From assembly GCA_910578285.1 (NCBI GenBank), contig CAJTQL010000002.1:30951-94950 (forward strand): a stretch of 64,000 bases of DNA, given 5' to 3'. The stretch is from an uncultured Helicobacteraceae bacterium (GTDB taxonomy: Bacteria > Campylobacterota > Campylobacteria > Campylobacterales > Helicobacteraceae). Below are positions 25,732 to 36,424 of this stretch, one piece after another. Under the pieces are notes generated by a model. It saw only the letters and a program-made list of their open reading frames with translations, did no database searches and was not told the origin of the DNA. A program made the translations under genes and the position numbers. Within the stretch, counting starts at the first letter, position 1; each line of letters opens with the position of its first letter.

Positions 25732-27534
25732 ATGAGCCTCGAAAGCCTTTTGCGCGAGATTCCGACAACAAGTGGCGTCTATGAATTTTTTGATGAATCG
25801 CAGAGACTCCTGTATGTTGGCAAAGCGAAAAATCTCAAAAAACGTGTGCATAGCTATTTTCGGCAAAATCCGCTGCTCCCCGCGCCCAATCTCTCGTCGC
25901 GAATCCACAAGATGATAAGCGAGACAAAAACATTGCATTATCTACTGACAAACACTGAACATGACGCGCTTTTGCTTGAAAATTCGTTGATTAAACAGCT
26001 CAAACCCAAATATAATATTTTATTACGTGATGACAAGACATATCCCTACATCTATTACAATGACAATGATGCTTTCCCGCGACTTGAAATTACGCGCAAG
26101 ATTCTCAAAGCTAAGGGTGTGCGCTATTTTGGTCCTTACACAAAAGGGGCAAACGATTTGCTCAAATCACTCTATGAGCTGTTGCCACTTGCGCAAAGCA
26201 AGAGCTGTTTGCGCGGCAAAAAGGCATGTTTGTTTGCCCAGCTGCAAAAATGTTCCGCGCCATGCGAGGGCAGAATCGAATCACATGCATATCGCAAATA
26301 TCTCGAACAAGCGCTTGTATGGTTGCAAAATCCTTCACTGCTGTTGCCTCATCTGCAATCGAAGATGTTTGCGTACTCCGAGCAGGAACGTTTTGAGGAG
26401 GCGCGTGAGTTGCGCGATAGAATCCGCGTGTTGCAAAGTCTTGAGATTCACTCGCAAATTGACCTTGCAAAATTGCATGATATTGACATTCTCAATGTCG
26501 CTAAAGATGGCAATCAATGCTTGCTTGTGTGGCTTTTTATGCGCAATGGGCGCATTGTTTCGAGCGCACAAGAGAGTTTGCGCGGCGAGTTTGAGCTAGA
26601 AGAGCTGTTTGTGCATGCAATCTTGAATCGATATAGCGCGCCGCTGCCGCTTGCACCCAAAAGCATTCTCGTGCCTATCGAGTTGCAAGACAAGGAGATA
26701 TTGCAAAATCATATCCACGAACATTGCGGCAAGATTACCTTAACCACCGCGCGCGCGGGCTATCAGAAAGAATTGCTTGCGCTGTGTGCGGCAAACGCGC
26801 TAGAAAATTTACGTCTGCTTGCGACACATAATGACGATTCTGTTCTCGAGGGGCTTTGTGCTTTTGGGCTTGAGAATGTGCCGCTTCGAATCGAATGTTT
26901 CGATGTGAGTCATTTTCAAAAACAAGCCGCTGTGGGGAGCATGATTGTGAGCAATCGAATGGAATTTGATAAGGAATCCTATCGCCGCTATGAGCTGCAC
27001 CATTTTGATGAATATGCCAATATGCGCGAAATGTTGAGCCGCCGTGCGCAAAATTTTGAGACGGAGCCGCCCCCTGATTTGTGGCTGCTTGATGGCGGCA
27101 AGGCGCAAGTGAGCATTGCGCTTGAAATTTTGCAGAGTTTTTGCGCACATGTCGAGGTGCTTGGAATTGCTAAAGAAAAGCTTGATAGCAAGGCGCATAG
27201 GGCAAAAGGAGCAAGCTTTGATGTGATTTATGCACAAAAAGAGGATTTTCGTCTTGCTCCATCTGATAAACGATTGCAATTCTTGCAAAAATTACGAGAC
27301 GAAGCCCATCGATTTGCTATTAGCTATCATCGCAACAAAAAGCGCAAACAAGATTTGCAGCTTGATGTGTTGCAGATTCATGGGATAGGCAAGGCAAAAA
27401 TGAAGCGGTTGCTCGATTTTTTTGGCAATTTCGAAGCGATTGCGCAGGCAAGCCTCGAAGAGCTCGGAGAAGTTTTGGATACGCGCAGCGCGCACCAAGT
27501 CTATGAGGCGTTGCAAGCACAAAACAAGAGCTAG
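25732..27534 (+). CDS. uvrC: Excinuclease ABC subunit C
   Basis: GIY-YIG N-terminus (GVYEFFDESQRLLYVGKAKNLKKRV), UVR domain, and a C-terminal (HhH)2. Confidence 0.93.
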   Translation: MSLESLLREIPTTSGVYEFFDESQRLLYVGKAKNLKKRVHSYFRQNPLLPAPNLSSRIHKMISETKTLHYLLTNTEHDALLLENSLIKQLKPKYNILLRDDKTYPYIYYNDNDAFPRLEITRKILKAKGVRYFGPYTKGANDLLKSLYELLPLAQSKSCLRGKKACLFAQLQKCSAPCEGRIESHAYRKYLEQALVWLQNPSLLLPHLQSKMFAYSEQERFEEARELRDRIRVLQSLEIHSQIDLAKLHDIDILNVAKDGNQCLLVWLFMRNGRIVSSAQESLRGEFELEELFVHAILNRYSAPLPLAPKSILVPIELQDKEILQNHIHEHCGKITLTTARAGYQKELLALCAANALENLRLLATHNDDSVLEGLCAFGLENVPLRIECFDVSHFQKQAAVGSMIVSNRMEFDKESYRRYELHHFDEYANMREMLSRRAQNFETEPPPDLWLLDGGKAQVSIALEILQSFCAHVEVLGIAKEKLDSKAHRAKGASFDVIYAQKEDFRLAPSDKRLQFLQKLRDEAHRFAISYHRNKKRKQDLQLDVLQIHGIGKAKMKRLLDFFGNFEAIAQASLEELGEVLDTRSAHQVYEALQAQNKS

Positions 27535-27597
27535 GGTGTATCTATTTCACAATGCCATGCTGTTTAAAGCCGAATCATTTGAGTTTGGGATTTCAAG

Positions 27598-28272
27598 TTA
27601 TTTTGGAACATTTTCCATAGACCACCATGCCTCGCAACCTTGTGGGTCGCCCAATTGGCATGATTTGCCATAAAATTTTTTTGCCATTGCAAAATCGGCT
27701 TTGACACCTTGCCCAATGCGGTAGAGTGTTGCGAGCTTGAAGCACGAAGGCGCGCGCGAAGATTCGCAGCTTTTGCGATAGAAATTTGCTGCTTGCGCGT
27801 AGTCTTGTTGAGGCATGATGTCCCTGTTGGCATTCGCATAGAAATTGCCCATTGCATCGCATGCATCTGCATCGCCCAATTCACATGCGCGCGCGAAGAA
27901 TCCTCGAGCCGAGCCATAATTCTGTTGCACACCTTGCCCATTTGCATGGAAAACACCGAGATAAAAGCATGCTGCTGCAATGCGTCCTTCACATGCTTTG
28001 AAATAGGCATGTGCGGCTTTTTGGAGGTCTTTAAAATTGCGCATTGCATCAAGTTCGCTTGAATAGAGATTGCCCAATGCTCCGCATGCAATGCTGTTGC
28101 CCTGATTGCAGCCAAGCTCGGCGAGCGCGATGGATTCGGCATAATTATGGTTTCTGTATGAATCGCCAATTTTTTTAAGCAATGTTTCTGTAGGGATTTC
28201 GGTTGGTTGAGTAGAATCTTGAGCCATGAGCGGGAGCATGATAAAGAGAGCAAAGAAAGCGAAAAACTTCAT
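27598..28272 (-). CDS. Sel1-like-repeat cysteine-rich secreted protein (Hcp family)
   Basis: Signal peptide MKFFAFFALFIMLPLMA. Repeated about 36-aa units each carry a Cys pair (CNQGNSIACGALGNLY, CEGRIAAACFYLGVFH, CELGDADACDAMGNFY, CESSRAPSCFKLATLY, CQLGDPQGCEAW). Confidence 0.85.
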   Translation of the reverse strand: MKFFAFFALFIMLPLMAQDSTQPTEIPTETLLKKIGDSYRNHNYAESIALAELGCNQGNSIACGALGNLYSSELDAMRNFKDLQKAAHAYFKACEGRIAAACFYLGVFHANGQGVQQNYGSARGFFARACELGDADACDAMGNFYANANRDIMPQQDYAQAANFYRKSCESSRAPSCFKLATLYRIGQGVKADFAMAKKFYGKSCQLGDPQGCEAWWSMENVPK

Positions 28273-29738
28273 TATGGCACTCTCCGTACATTTTTGAGTA
28301 CAACAGCAGCATCAATCTCTTCAATTTTTGCGTTTGCATTATTCTTAAAACCTTGGATCTCTTTGAGCACATCTTCGTTGCTTGCCCAATCAAGGTCTTT
28401 GTCGATATAGATTGTTGCGAAGTTAAAATCGCGCAATAGGCTTTGCAGGTTAATCCGTTTGGGTGCGTGTTTGACAACAAGATATTTCTTGCGTGCAAGG
28501 ATATTCACCTTGACTTCAGTCGTCAGATCAATATTGTTTGAAACAATCAGTGCATAGGTGCGCTGCTGCTTTTGGAATGCGTTGCAATATTGCCATAGGT
28601 CTTGGTCGGCGTTATGCAACATACTCTTGTTGAGTCGATTGAGATATTGCAATGCAAAATTCACAGCACAATAGTTCTCTTCGCCACCACCTTTGAAGTG
28701 ATTCTTAAGCGAGCTAGAGCTTGCTGACAAGCGCCAAATCTGGTCATCAAGGAGTGAGCCGCAATGGTCGAGCCCGTTTTTGATTTTCTTGAAAAATCGA
28801 TTAAATGCTGTTTGGAAAATCACTTGGAATGCGGTAAGGTGGTTGTCATAGAAATTTTTGCGAATCGCTTCAAGCCGCGCAAGATTCTCGCCCACGCGCT
28901 CACGTTCTTTGATGCTTGCTTGCAATTGCACTTGAATTTTTGCGAGTTTTTCTTTATTAGCCTCAACATTGCCCATATTGCTTTGAATGCGATTGAGCAA
29001 TGTGTTCACCTGAAATGCGTAACCCTTTTCTTGTTTTTTTGCAAGTGTGAGGCGGTCTTTGTGGTTTTCAATCGCCGAGCAAAACGCTTGGTAGTGGAAT
29101 TGAAATCGGATAAACGATTGCTCGAAGATGTTCTCGATATTAAGATTTTGGTATTTGACCATTGATTCGTAAGAATTTTCAAGTCGTGTGAGAATGGCAA
29201 AAAATTCCGAGAATTTATCGCGCTGTATGGTTTTGTCAGAAAAAAGCAACGTTTCTAGAGCTTTGTTGATAAAGCGTTTGAGTTGGATATAGTCGATGAT
29301 AATCATATGGTCGTCATGCGCAAGGTCGTCAATCGCTGCAACAGACGAACTCTCGGCGAAGAAATATCCTTTGACAGCGTCAGCAACGGTCATGAGTGAG
29401 ATAATTTCTTCAATAGTATCATAGTCTGTCTTTTTATAAATGCTTTCGACGTATTCAAATTTTTTCGTTTCTTCGAGTGTCTCGAGCTCTTCATCGCTGT
29501 CGGTATGCCAAAAGTCATATTCACTCACAACAGTGCGTTCGTCAAAGATTTGGAATTTTGAGGCATGCGCATCGCTCACGAAGCTGGTTTCAGCGCGAAA
29601 TTCAACAAACATGCCAATCGCTGGAATCACGCGTTTATCATGCCATGCAGTTTTGTTGAATTCGAAGAGCTTTTTTGCTAATGTTGTGATGACGCCTCTA
29701 CCCGTTGAACCTTGATAGCTTACGATTTTGCCGTGCAT
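28272..29738 (-). CDS. Hypothetical protein: small N-terminal beta-rich domain + long coiled-coil (paralog 1)
   Basis: 488 aa, starting MHGKIVSYQGSTGRGVITT...WHD. About 40-50% identical in the N-terminus to ORF 30144..31397. Its stop overlaps the hcp-like start by 1 nt. Confidence 0.6.
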   Translation of the reverse strand: MHGKIVSYQGSTGRGVITTLAKKLFEFNKTAWHDKRVIPAIGMFVEFRAETSFVSDAHASKFQIFDERTVVSEYDFWHTDSDEELETLEETKKFEYVESIYKKTDYDTIEEIISLMTVADAVKGYFFAESSSVAAIDDLAHDDHMIIIDYIQLKRFINKALETLLFSDKTIQRDKFSEFFAILTRLENSYESMVKYQNLNIENIFEQSFIRFQFHYQAFCSAIENHKDRLTLAKKQEKGYAFQVNTLLNRIQSNMGNVEANKEKLAKIQVQLQASIKERERVGENLARLEAIRKNFYDNHLTAFQVIFQTAFNRFFKKIKNGLDHCGSLLDDQIWRLSASSSSLKNHFKGGGEENYCAVNFALQYLNRLNKSMLHNADQDLWQYCNAFQKQQRTYALIVSNNIDLTTEVKVNILARKKYLVVKHAPKRINLQSLLRDFNFATIYIDKDLDWASNEDVLKEIQGFKNNANAKIEEIDAAVVLKNVRRVP

Positions 29739-29800
29739 ATTGCCCTCATTCCAATTTTATATATAAAAACTTTGGTAATGTAAATTATATCTCAAAAATC

Positions 29801-31397
29801 TTAAGAATTGCTTGAATCATCTGTTATTTGCGAAAAATCCGAGATTTCATGCTTGTCTTCGGGAATCTGCTCCCAAAGTTCTTCGGCTTTTGCAAGCGTT
29901 GTTGTGGGCAGATTGAATGTGATTTCGTTATTGTCCAATTCGATTTTGAGTGGAAAGAAATTCTTATCATGCATGAATGTAACTTTAATATCTGTATTTT
30001 TGTTTTTTGGAAATTCGGCGATGGTTGCAATAATCTCATTTGTGGAGAGCCATTTTGTGTTTTTGTCAATGATGATTTGTGTGAATGCAATATCGCGCAA
30101 AAGGCTATGTAGCACGATGACTTTTTCGGCTTGTTTGCATTGATTAAATTTTTGCTTGTGTTAGAATCTGCAATTTAACATTTGTAATAAAATCAAGATT
30201 ATCGGAAACAATCAAGAAATATTTTTGTGAAGTTTTGCGAATCTTCTTGCAATAATTCTCGAGCTCGTAGTTTATGCCTTGCAACATTTTGGTATCGAGA
30301 TGGTGTAAATAGAATTTGGCAAAACTATATGTACAGATATTTTCTTCGCCGCCGTTGCGAAAAAATTGAACCTTAATTGAACTTGAGTTTACAGAGAGTT
30401 TCCATATCTCATCATCAAGCAAAGTTGAGGAGATATTGAGCCCATTTTTGAGCTTGCGCAAAAGCCGCTCATATGAAGTATTGAGTACAAGCTTAAAGGT
30501 CTCGAGATTGCGTTGATAGAAATCATCACGTAGCTCTTCGAGTTTTTTAATCTGTGTTTGGGCTTTGGCAATCTGCTTTTGCTGCTCGTTCAAATTGTTG
30601 CTGAGCTCTTTGATTCGTTCGAGTGTATTTGGTTTTGCTTGTTTTGTGTCGATTTGTCTTTGCAAAAATTTGATTTCTCGTGTTGCGCCCTGCTTTTGAC
30701 GTTCAAGCATTGTGTGCCCTTCGCGGCTACTTGTAATAGCCGAACAGAGAGCCTGATAATGGACTTGGTAGCGCAAGAAAAACTCCTCAAAAATGGGCAC
30801 GACATTGAAATTATTGATTCGCGCTAGGATTCGATAGGAATTTTCGAGCCGCATAATGGTTGTGGTGTAGCGCAAAAAATAATCGCGTGTGCGTGTGCGG
30901 TCCATGAAAAGCAATGTGTCAAGTGCGCGCAACAAGAATCGTTTGAGCAGTAGATAATCGAGCATGTGCTCAATGTCTTGGGGCAGCTCGTCAATCATTG
31001 CAATTGCGGCGTTTTCGAGCACAAAATAATTTTTGACAGCTTGCGCAATTGGCAATGACACAGGCACATTGTTGAGTGTGGCATAATCGGTTGATTTATA
31101 GACGTCGTTGATTTTGGCAAAACGTTTTTTTTCTTCTTTGTCCGCAAGCTCATCATCTGTTTCGGTTTGCCAAAATTCATGTTCGCTGACAAGTGAATCA
31201 CTGAAGTCTTGATAGCGTGAGGCATGAATATCCAAGATTTGGTCATTGTCTGCTCGATACTCGACAAGCAAGCCTTTGGTGGGCAATGCTTTTGGGTCAT
31301 GCCATGTTGCACGACTGAAGCTAAAGAGCTTTTTGAAATGATTAATGACCACTCCTTTCCCGGTGGCATCTTGAAACGTTACGATTTTCCCATGCAC
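29801..31397 (-). pseudogene. Paralog 2 of the coiled-coil protein, split by a frameshift near 30143-30152
   Basis: ORF 30144..31397 ends ...VKLQILTQAKI*. The next frame reads ...NQCKQAEKVIVLHSLLRDIAFTQIIIDKN (29801..30160). This matches paralog 1 ...NILARKKYLVVKHAPKRINLQSLLRDFNFATIYIDKD. The shift lies at an A3T5 run. Confidence 0.6.
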
Positions 31398-31475
31398 AAG
31401 CGATTCCTTATGTTTGCAATTATAAAAAAGAGCATTATATAAACAGCAAACATAAATATTTCTTAATATATTAAT

Positions 31476-31970
31476 TTATAGAGATAAAGCTTTATGGAGA
31501 ATTTTTTCTGTTGTCTCCCATGGGCGCTCACCCACAATGCGTGCCCGAATGATTCCTTGCTCATCAAGGAGAATCAATGTGGGCGTTACAGCGACACCAT
31601 AACGTTTTGATGTGATGGCAAGCTCATCTTTGAGCACAATCATACTATCCCAACCAAAGCGCTTTGCCATATCAGCAATGACTTCTTTTGTGTCAAGTGC
31701 ATTGATAGCGAGCACAACAAGTTTGTCGGGCTGTTCTTTTGCCATTGTGTTCAGTTTTGGCAAATCTTTGATACATGACGCGCAGCCATTTTTAAAAAAT
31801 GCAAGCACAACGGCTTTATCTTGCATAAGATTCGAGGCAAACGCGTTTCCATCGAGTTGTTTGGCAGAAATTTTGGGTGCATTTTGCCCGATTTCAGCAC
31901 TTATTTTTTCGCCGCAGCCTGTAAAGCTAAGCGCAAACAAAGCGCCTAGAATCTGAAGTATTTCTTTCAT
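31476..31970 (-). CDS. TlpA/thioredoxin-like lipoprotein (Cj1664/1665-like)
   Basis: Lipobox LSFTGC and redox motif GCASC. Confidence 0.8.
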   Translation of the reverse strand: MKEILQILGALFALSFTGCGEKISAEIGQNAPKISAKQLDGNAFASNLMQDKAVVLAFFKNGCASCIKDLPKLNTMAKEQPDKLVVLAINALDTKEVIADMAKRFGWDSMIVLKDELAITSKRYGVAVTPTLILLDEQGIIRARIVGERPWETTEKILHKALSL

Positions 31971-32608
31971 TGCATTTCTCCATGTTTTAAGAGTAGTTTT
32001 TTATCCCCATAGCTTCCAAGCTCGGGATTGTGGGTGATGAGAACAAGGCTTTTGCCCTCTTGCTTGAAAGATTGCAAGAGCTCGAGTACACGCGCCTCAT
32101 TTTCGCTATCGAGATTTCCTGTGGGTTCATCAGCAAGCAGAATCTCGGGATTGTTTATCATCGCACGTGCGATGCATAGCCGCTGTTGCTCGCCACCACT
32201 GAGTTCGCTTGGAAGGTGGCGCACACGATGAGAAAGCCCGACTTTTTCGAGCATTGCCAGCGCATCTTCTTTATCAATGCTTGAATGATAGTATTGCGCG
32301 AGCATGACATTTTCAACAGCACTAAGATAAGGAATTAGATAGAATTGTTGGAAAATCAGCCCAATTTTTTCACGGCGAATAAGAACCTTCTCGTCTTCAT
32401 TTAAATGTGTCATGTCTTTATCAAAAAAGGTATATGTCCCACTTGTCGGTGAATCAAGCAGCGAGATGATATTGAGCAAAGTCGATTTACCCGAGCCACT
32501 TGGTCCCATAATCGTCAGCCATTCGCCCTTATCAAGCGTGCAGCTGACATTATGCAGCGCGCACACATCGCCAAAACGTTTACTAATCTGATGTAGATTG
32601 AATATCAT
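31967..32608 (-). CDS. ABC transporter ATP-binding protein (MacB/LolD-like, Cj1663-like)
   Basis: GPSGSGKST, LSGGEQQR and LLADEPTGNLD. Confidence 0.92.
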   Translation of the reverse strand: MIFNLHQISKRFGDVCALHNVSCTLDKGEWLTIMGPSGSGKSTLLNIISLLDSPTSGTYTFFDKDMTHLNEDEKVLIRREKIGLIFQQFYLIPYLSAVENVMLAQYYHSSIDKEDALAMLEKVGLSHRVRHLPSELSGGEQQRLCIARAMINNPEILLADEPTGNLDSENEARVLELLQSFKQEGKSLVLITHNPELGSYGDKKLLLKHGEMQ

Positions 32609-32610
32609 AT

Positions 32611-33738
32611 TTATTCTCCTTTGAGATTCGTTATAATATTAATATTGAGTGCTTTTTTCAGTGGATAATAAGCACTGACGAAACTAAAGAATAGAGCAAT
32701 ACCAATTGCCAACACAAAAGGCAAGAATCGAAAAGAGACACTCGAATCAAAAAGTACCCAACCTAAGATATTTGCTAGCCCAAAGCCACAAATTGCGCCC
32801 AAAATAATTGCAACGAGACACATCACCGCCACTTCTGTGCCAAGCATAGACAAAATATCACGTTTTGTTGCACCAAGGCTTAGGTGCAGCGCAATTTGTT
32901 TTTTGCGTGCAAAAATCATTGCGCTTAGAGTGTTGTTCACACTCAATGAGGCAATCAGCAAGACAACAAGGCAGATGAGCAACATCAGCGATTGCATTTT
33001 GCTAAGAATCGCCCCTTCGCTTGATGCGACTTGCATCATCGGCTTTGCAGTCATCGTCTCATCGCTTAGGTTTGTCGCGATTGCCTGAATCGATTCAAAG
33101 TCGCCATACAATACGGCTTGTACATAATGTAGATTCTGCGTTTCAAGCAGTTGTTGCATTGCAGAAATCGCAATGAGCGCCATGTTGTCAAACACATCTC
33201 CGCTGCTGATGATTCCTTGTACGATAAACGTTTGTGTCTTGAGGCTTTTGGGGTCAGTGATTGTGAGCTTTTGCAATGGTTTGAGCTCAAGCGTTTTGGC
33301 GAGCTGCTGTCCGACAAAAACAGAATCTTCTGCAAAGACGCTTTGCCCAAAGTGCCCCGCGCTTGCCTGTAAAAAAGGCTGAATCACCCTAAGAGAATCG
33401 AGATCAACTCCCGCAACAAGTGCGCTATTACTCTCCAAGCTTAGGCTTGCGAACAAAAAAGGCGAGGCAGCCTTGAGAGATTCTTTTGGAATCTTTGCAA
33501 GCGCGGTTTGATATTGTTCTGTCGTTAGCGGCGCATTGTTGGGGACGATGACAAAATTTGCGCCATAGACTTTGAGCTCTCGGTGGAGTTTGCCCGTGAT
33601 GTCAAACGAGAGATTGAGAAAAGCGGCGCTCACAGCCGAACCGATGAAGAGCGCAAAAATAATCACAAGTACCTTATTCCATGAAAAACATAAAGCTTGC
33701 ATAATGCAGCGGTAAAAAAAGGATTTGTTAGCGTCCAT
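32611..33738 (-). CDS. ABC transporter permease, FtsX/MacB-type (Cj1662-like)
   Basis: N-terminal TM, large periplasmic domain, and a C-terminal FtsX-like 3-TM bundle. Start set at MDANKS (ATG 33738). Confidence 0.8.
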   Translation of the reverse strand: MDANKSFFYRCIMQALCFSWNKVLVIIFALFIGSAVSAAFLNLSFDITGKLHRELKVYGANFVIVPNNAPLTTEQYQTALAKIPKESLKAASPFLFASLSLESNSALVAGVDLDSLRVIQPFLQASAGHFGQSVFAEDSVFVGQQLAKTLELKPLQKLTITDPKSLKTQTFIVQGIISSGDVFDNMALIAISAMQQLLETQNLHYVQAVLYGDFESIQAIATNLSDETMTAKPMMQVASSEGAILSKMQSLMLLICLVVLLIASLSVNNTLSAMIFARKKQIALHLSLGATKRDILSMLGTEVAVMCLVAIILGAICGFGLANILGWVLFDSSVSFRFLPFVLAIGIALFFSFVSAYYPLKKALNINIITNLKGE

Positions 33739-35020
33739 AGAGTACCTTTGCAGGGGGGAGGTCGGAGATTCCAGAAACGAGGAATAATGAAGCAAAAATA
33801 GCAATCAATGCAGCAAAAATGAGACACAGCGGCAGCGCAATCCATGACATCGGCAGGAAACGCCCAAAGATGAGCCACGCAATGCCTTCGCCAATGCCTT
33901 GTCCAAGCAAGAAGCCGATTGTTGCACCGATGATTCCGACAAAAAGCGCCTCGAGAGCAAACAAGAGATAGATTTGCAAGAGTGTTGCTCCCAAAACTTT
34001 GTGGAGCGCAATCTCGGCGCGCCTCCGCTCCATTTCGGCGACAAGTAGGCTTGCAATGCTCGCTGTTGCGGCAAGGAGTGCGATAAAGATTGCAAGTGTC
34101 ATAAGGCTTTGGATTTTTTTGACAATCGTGCTTTCGGCATCGCTGACTGAAAGCTGGGGTTTAGCGCTTGTGCCTTTGAAATCTTCTTCGATTTGATATG
34201 CAATGCTGCTCACAAATGCGCTGCAATACCATGAATCAAACTCGACTTGCGAGAGTGAATCGATGTCGTTGCGCGCCTTTTGCGAGAGCGTGTTTTCGGG
34301 GATTGTCAGCGCGGAGACTTCGGCTTTGAAGAATTGATTAGGCTTGTTGTCGAGCCATTGCGCGAGAGCAAGCGAAGTGATGATTTTGTTCTCAAATGCG
34401 CCACTATGCGAGGCGATTGCGCTAATGTGCACCTCGCGCGTTTTGTGATTGTGGGATAGAATCAGGTTATCGCCAATGTTGAGATTCTGTGCTTTGGCAA
34501 GCTCGCTGCCTACCATAATAGAATCAAGGCTATCATCGAGTGCCCATTGCCCTTCAACCTGCCAAATTGGGTAGAGATTCTTCAGTCCCGTGTGGAAGTC
34601 GGGCTCGTCTTTGAGGTCGAGATTTTTGTCAAAATAGCTTCCGCTAAGTAGCACATCAAAATGCACGCCACTTTGTGTTGTGGCTGTGGCTTGAAACTCC
34701 AAAAACGGCGCAAATGCAATGATACTATTGCGCCAAAAGATTTCTTTTATCGTCTTGAGCTTGCTTTCGTCAAGAAAGCTTTGTGAGGCGAGCGGCGTAT
34801 AGAGTGTGTTGCCAACCTCGATACTTAGGCTCGCACCTTTGGGCAAAACGATAATATTGCTACCAAAACTCCGCAATTCTTTTGCAATTTCATTGCCGAT
34901 TCCGAGCGTAATATTGAGCATTGCACTCAAAAGCATTGTGCTCAAAACAAATGTGAGGAGCATGAGCGATTTTTGGAATCGATTATTCATGAGTGAAGCG
35001 ATGATAAGACGAAAATTCAT
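33728..35020 (-). CDS. ABC transporter permease, FtsX/MacB-type (Cj1661-like)
   Basis: Same architecture as the neighbouring permease. Contains HKVLGAT in the FtsX domain. Confidence 0.8.
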   Translation of the reverse strand: MNFRLIIASLMNNRFQKSLMLLTFVLSTMLLSAMLNITLGIGNEIAKELRSFGSNIIVLPKGASLSIEVGNTLYTPLASQSFLDESKLKTIKEIFWRNSIIAFAPFLEFQATATTQSGVHFDVLLSGSYFDKNLDLKDEPDFHTGLKNLYPIWQVEGQWALDDSLDSIMVGSELAKAQNLNIGDNLILSHNHKTREVHISAIASHSGAFENKIITSLALAQWLDNKPNQFFKAEVSALTIPENTLSQKARNDIDSLSQVEFDSWYCSAFVSSIAYQIEEDFKGTSAKPQLSVSDAESTIVKKIQSLMTLAIFIALLAATASIASLLVAEMERRRAEIALHKVLGATLLQIYLLFALEALFVGIIGATIGFLLGQGIGEGIAWLIFGRFLPMSWIALPLCLIFAALIAIFASLFLVSGISDLPPAKVLYGR

Positions 35021-36384
35021 TGGACTAGCCTTTGGATTCTATATGGGATTTGTGCACCATCATCGACATATTTTTCGGGCGATTCGATGAATTGTTTTTG
35101 ATTTTGTTCATTTGCAAAATAATATGTGATTCCCTTGAAGCTATATTGAAACGGCGCATCAAAATTAATGAGTTTCTCGCCACTTATGGGGTCACTGACT
35201 TCTTTTTGTTGAGTTTGGCTAAAGAAATTGCTGCCCTCAAGCACGTCTGTAACGTTGATGAAAATCAAATCGCCCTCGATTTTGTGCGCAAGAGGAATCG
35301 GGTTGCAGCCACCCATTTTGCCCACGCTGGGCAGAAAGATTCGCACATTGCATGCAATGCAAATGAGCTCATCACCTCGCTTGACATAACCCATATCTCC
35401 GCATAGCGCGCATGCGTCAAAGACAACGCCCGGCGAGCGGCGATTCGCAAAGCGATTGAGCAAGAAAAAGCGCACGACTTTGCCTTCGTTGGTGACGTAC
35501 GCATAGCGATGCAGCTTGTTATCATCGAGCATTTTTGCGTCAAACACAAAAACTCCATGCTCGGGCTCCACGATTGTGGGCGCGTCAATGACGATTGGGC
35601 GCGAAGCGACAAGGTCGAAATAGAGCAAACATGATGTGCCTAAGAGCATGAGCGCAATGCTGCTAACTGCGCGTTGCGACAGTGAATGTCGTGCGGCAGT
35701 TTGTAGGCGATAGGCTGAATCAAGAAAATGTTGTTTGATTGGTTGTGGTGGTAATTTAAAAAGGAGCGAGATTCCAAGAATACCTAAGATTCCCAAAAGA
35801 ATATAGGGAATGAGGAATCCATAATGGATTGTTTTTGCAACATAACTTAGTAAAAGTGTGTGTGTTTCGATGATAGAATCTTGCATGAGTTTGAGCAAGA
35901 TTTCACCCGCAAGAGCATTGAACATGAGGAGCATAACAAGGATTCCAATCCATTGGATTGCGAATATGCGCAAAAGTGCAAAAGCCGCACAACAGATGAG
36001 GATTCCAAGCGCAATGAGCCCCATAGAGCTTATGGCGAGTGTTTCGAGGAAATCGGTCGTAAAGAGTGGATAGAGACGGCTGATGTAGCAATAACGTGCC
36101 ATATAGAGAAAAATGAGAACAAAAAAGAGAATCGCATGCCAGCCTTTGAGGCGTACAAAAGCTGCACTAAGTGTGAGGAATAATCCCACTACAAGGGCGC
36201 AATTGATAACAAAATAGAAATTTTCGGCATTTGTGCGGAAGACAAAAAATGCCATCCAGCCCAAAACAACGCCCGCAATGCCCCAAATCACGGCTTTGCG
36301 CCATTCTAGCAAAGGCATGAGCAATGCGGCGATAAAAACAAAGGGCAAAAAAGCCTGCAAAAGTTGCACAAGATAAATCGACAT
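35017..36384 (-). CDS. Membrane protein with a DUF2318 Cys-rich domain and a C-terminal YHS/TRASH-like domain (Cj1660-like)
   Basis: About 7 TM segments, then CALCGDMGY...CIACNVRIF...GGCNP, then the tail PFQYSFKGITYYFANEQNQKQF. Confidence 0.7.
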   Translation of the reverse strand: MSIYLVQLLQAFLPFVFIAALLMPLLEWRKAVIWGIAGVVLGWMAFFVFRTNAENFYFVINCALVVGLFLTLSAAFVRLKGWHAILFFVLIFLYMARYCYISRLYPLFTTDFLETLAISSMGLIALGILICCAAFALLRIFAIQWIGILVMLLMFNALAGEILLKLMQDSIIETHTLLLSYVAKTIHYGFLIPYILLGILGILGISLLFKLPPQPIKQHFLDSAYRLQTAARHSLSQRAVSSIALMLLGTSCLLYFDLVASRPIVIDAPTIVEPEHGVFVFDAKMLDDNKLHRYAYVTNEGKVVRFFLLNRFANRRSPGVVFDACALCGDMGYVKRGDELICIACNVRIFLPSVGKMGGCNPIPLAHKIEGDLIFINVTDVLEGSNFFSQTQQKEVSDPISGEKLINFDAPFQYSFKGITYYFANEQNQKQFIESPEKYVDDGAQIPYRIQRLVQ

Positions 36385-36394
36385 AGACTCTCCT

Positions 36395-36416
36395 CAGCAG
36401 AGAAGATTCTCTGCTG
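36395..36416. other. Perfect 9-bp/4-nt-loop intercistronic hairpin between p19 and the downstream membrane gene
   Basis: CAGCAGAGA-AGAT-TCTCTGCTG. There is no U-run; on the coding strand the AGGAG RBS of the next gene follows immediately. Confidence 0.5.
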
Positions 36417-36424
36417 TTGTGGGA

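Noticed and set aside
27564-28253. 229-aa - strand ORF overlapping the Hcp-like gene out of frame.
   Set aside because: The frame at 27598..28272 gives a signal peptide and regular Sel1/Cys repeats. The competing frame has no features.
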